DNA from: Yuukianura sp. NJ FZ-2021
Taxonomy: Eukaryota
Direction of reading: 5' to 3'
DNA: 64,000 nucleotides
NCBI GenBank assembly: GCA_046563655.1
Contig: CM102286.1
Span: forward strand, 13,392,001 to 13,456,000
The position numbers were made by a program, and so were the translations under genes. The notes beneath the pieces are model-generated. The model saw only the letters and a program-made list of their open reading frames with translations, ran no database searches and was not told where the DNA came from. Shown here in pieces: positions 63,541 to 64,000 of the stretch (its first letter is position 1; the number at the start of each line of letters is the position of its first letter).

Positions 63541-64000
63541 CTAATGAAAAGAAATATAACCACATCCCGTCTTCTGCTCATACTCACAAAGAACGAAGAA
63601 AGTAATCGAACCGAGCATAACATTTTATAAGGCGAATGTGACTCAGGTCGGAACGACTCTCACAAGAAGCACAATCAGCATTTTACAACATTTTTAATCC
63701 ACACAAGTAAACTTGCCAAAAAAAATTAACGTTAATATTTACTTGATTCCGTTTGTTGGTGTCATCCGAAATTGTTTTTATATGTTGTGCCGTTAGTTCA
63801 ATTCCGGTTGCGAATTCTTAAAAACAATTTTACAACAATGTTCGCAGTTTTACAAAGACGAAGCGAGTTTTGGTTTTATAAAGTGGCTCGACTGCAATAA
63901 GTTGGCAACGGACACAAATCAATAAAAGTGCAAGGTACGGCCTACTCAAGTATCCATGAAATTTATAACGACTTTGCATTCTAAGATCAAAATGTGAATG

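Overview
AT-rich eukaryotic genomic DNA with many ~55-100 nt GT-AG introns. It is an invertebrate sequence, by inference an arthropod; the species cannot be determined here. Left to right: (1) the terminal exon of an unidentified Ser/Gly-rich protein (+); (2) a probable unannotated spliced minus-strand transcript starting near 7.7 kb; (3) GKAP1-like (-); (4) Ral GTPase-activating protein alpha subunit (-); (5) a ~25 kb, 14-coding-exon GluN3/NMDAR3-like ionotropic glutamate receptor gene (-) whose introns hold MITEs, an intron+exon tandem duplication and two diverged antisense nested orphan ORFs; (6) TACO1/YebC (+); (7) MAU2/Scc4 (-); (8) weak exon-like signals at the right end. The most striking signal is at the receptor stop codon. 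UGA-CUA is followed 7 nt later by a 15-bp stem-loop, the classic programmed-readthrough architecture. Readthrough would replace the C-terminus ...ELKPP with ...xLIVEFDSVEI, resembling the GluA2 class II PDZ ligand ESVKI. All exon coordinates were read by eye from splice motifs and reading-frame continuity; no searches or folding programs were run.
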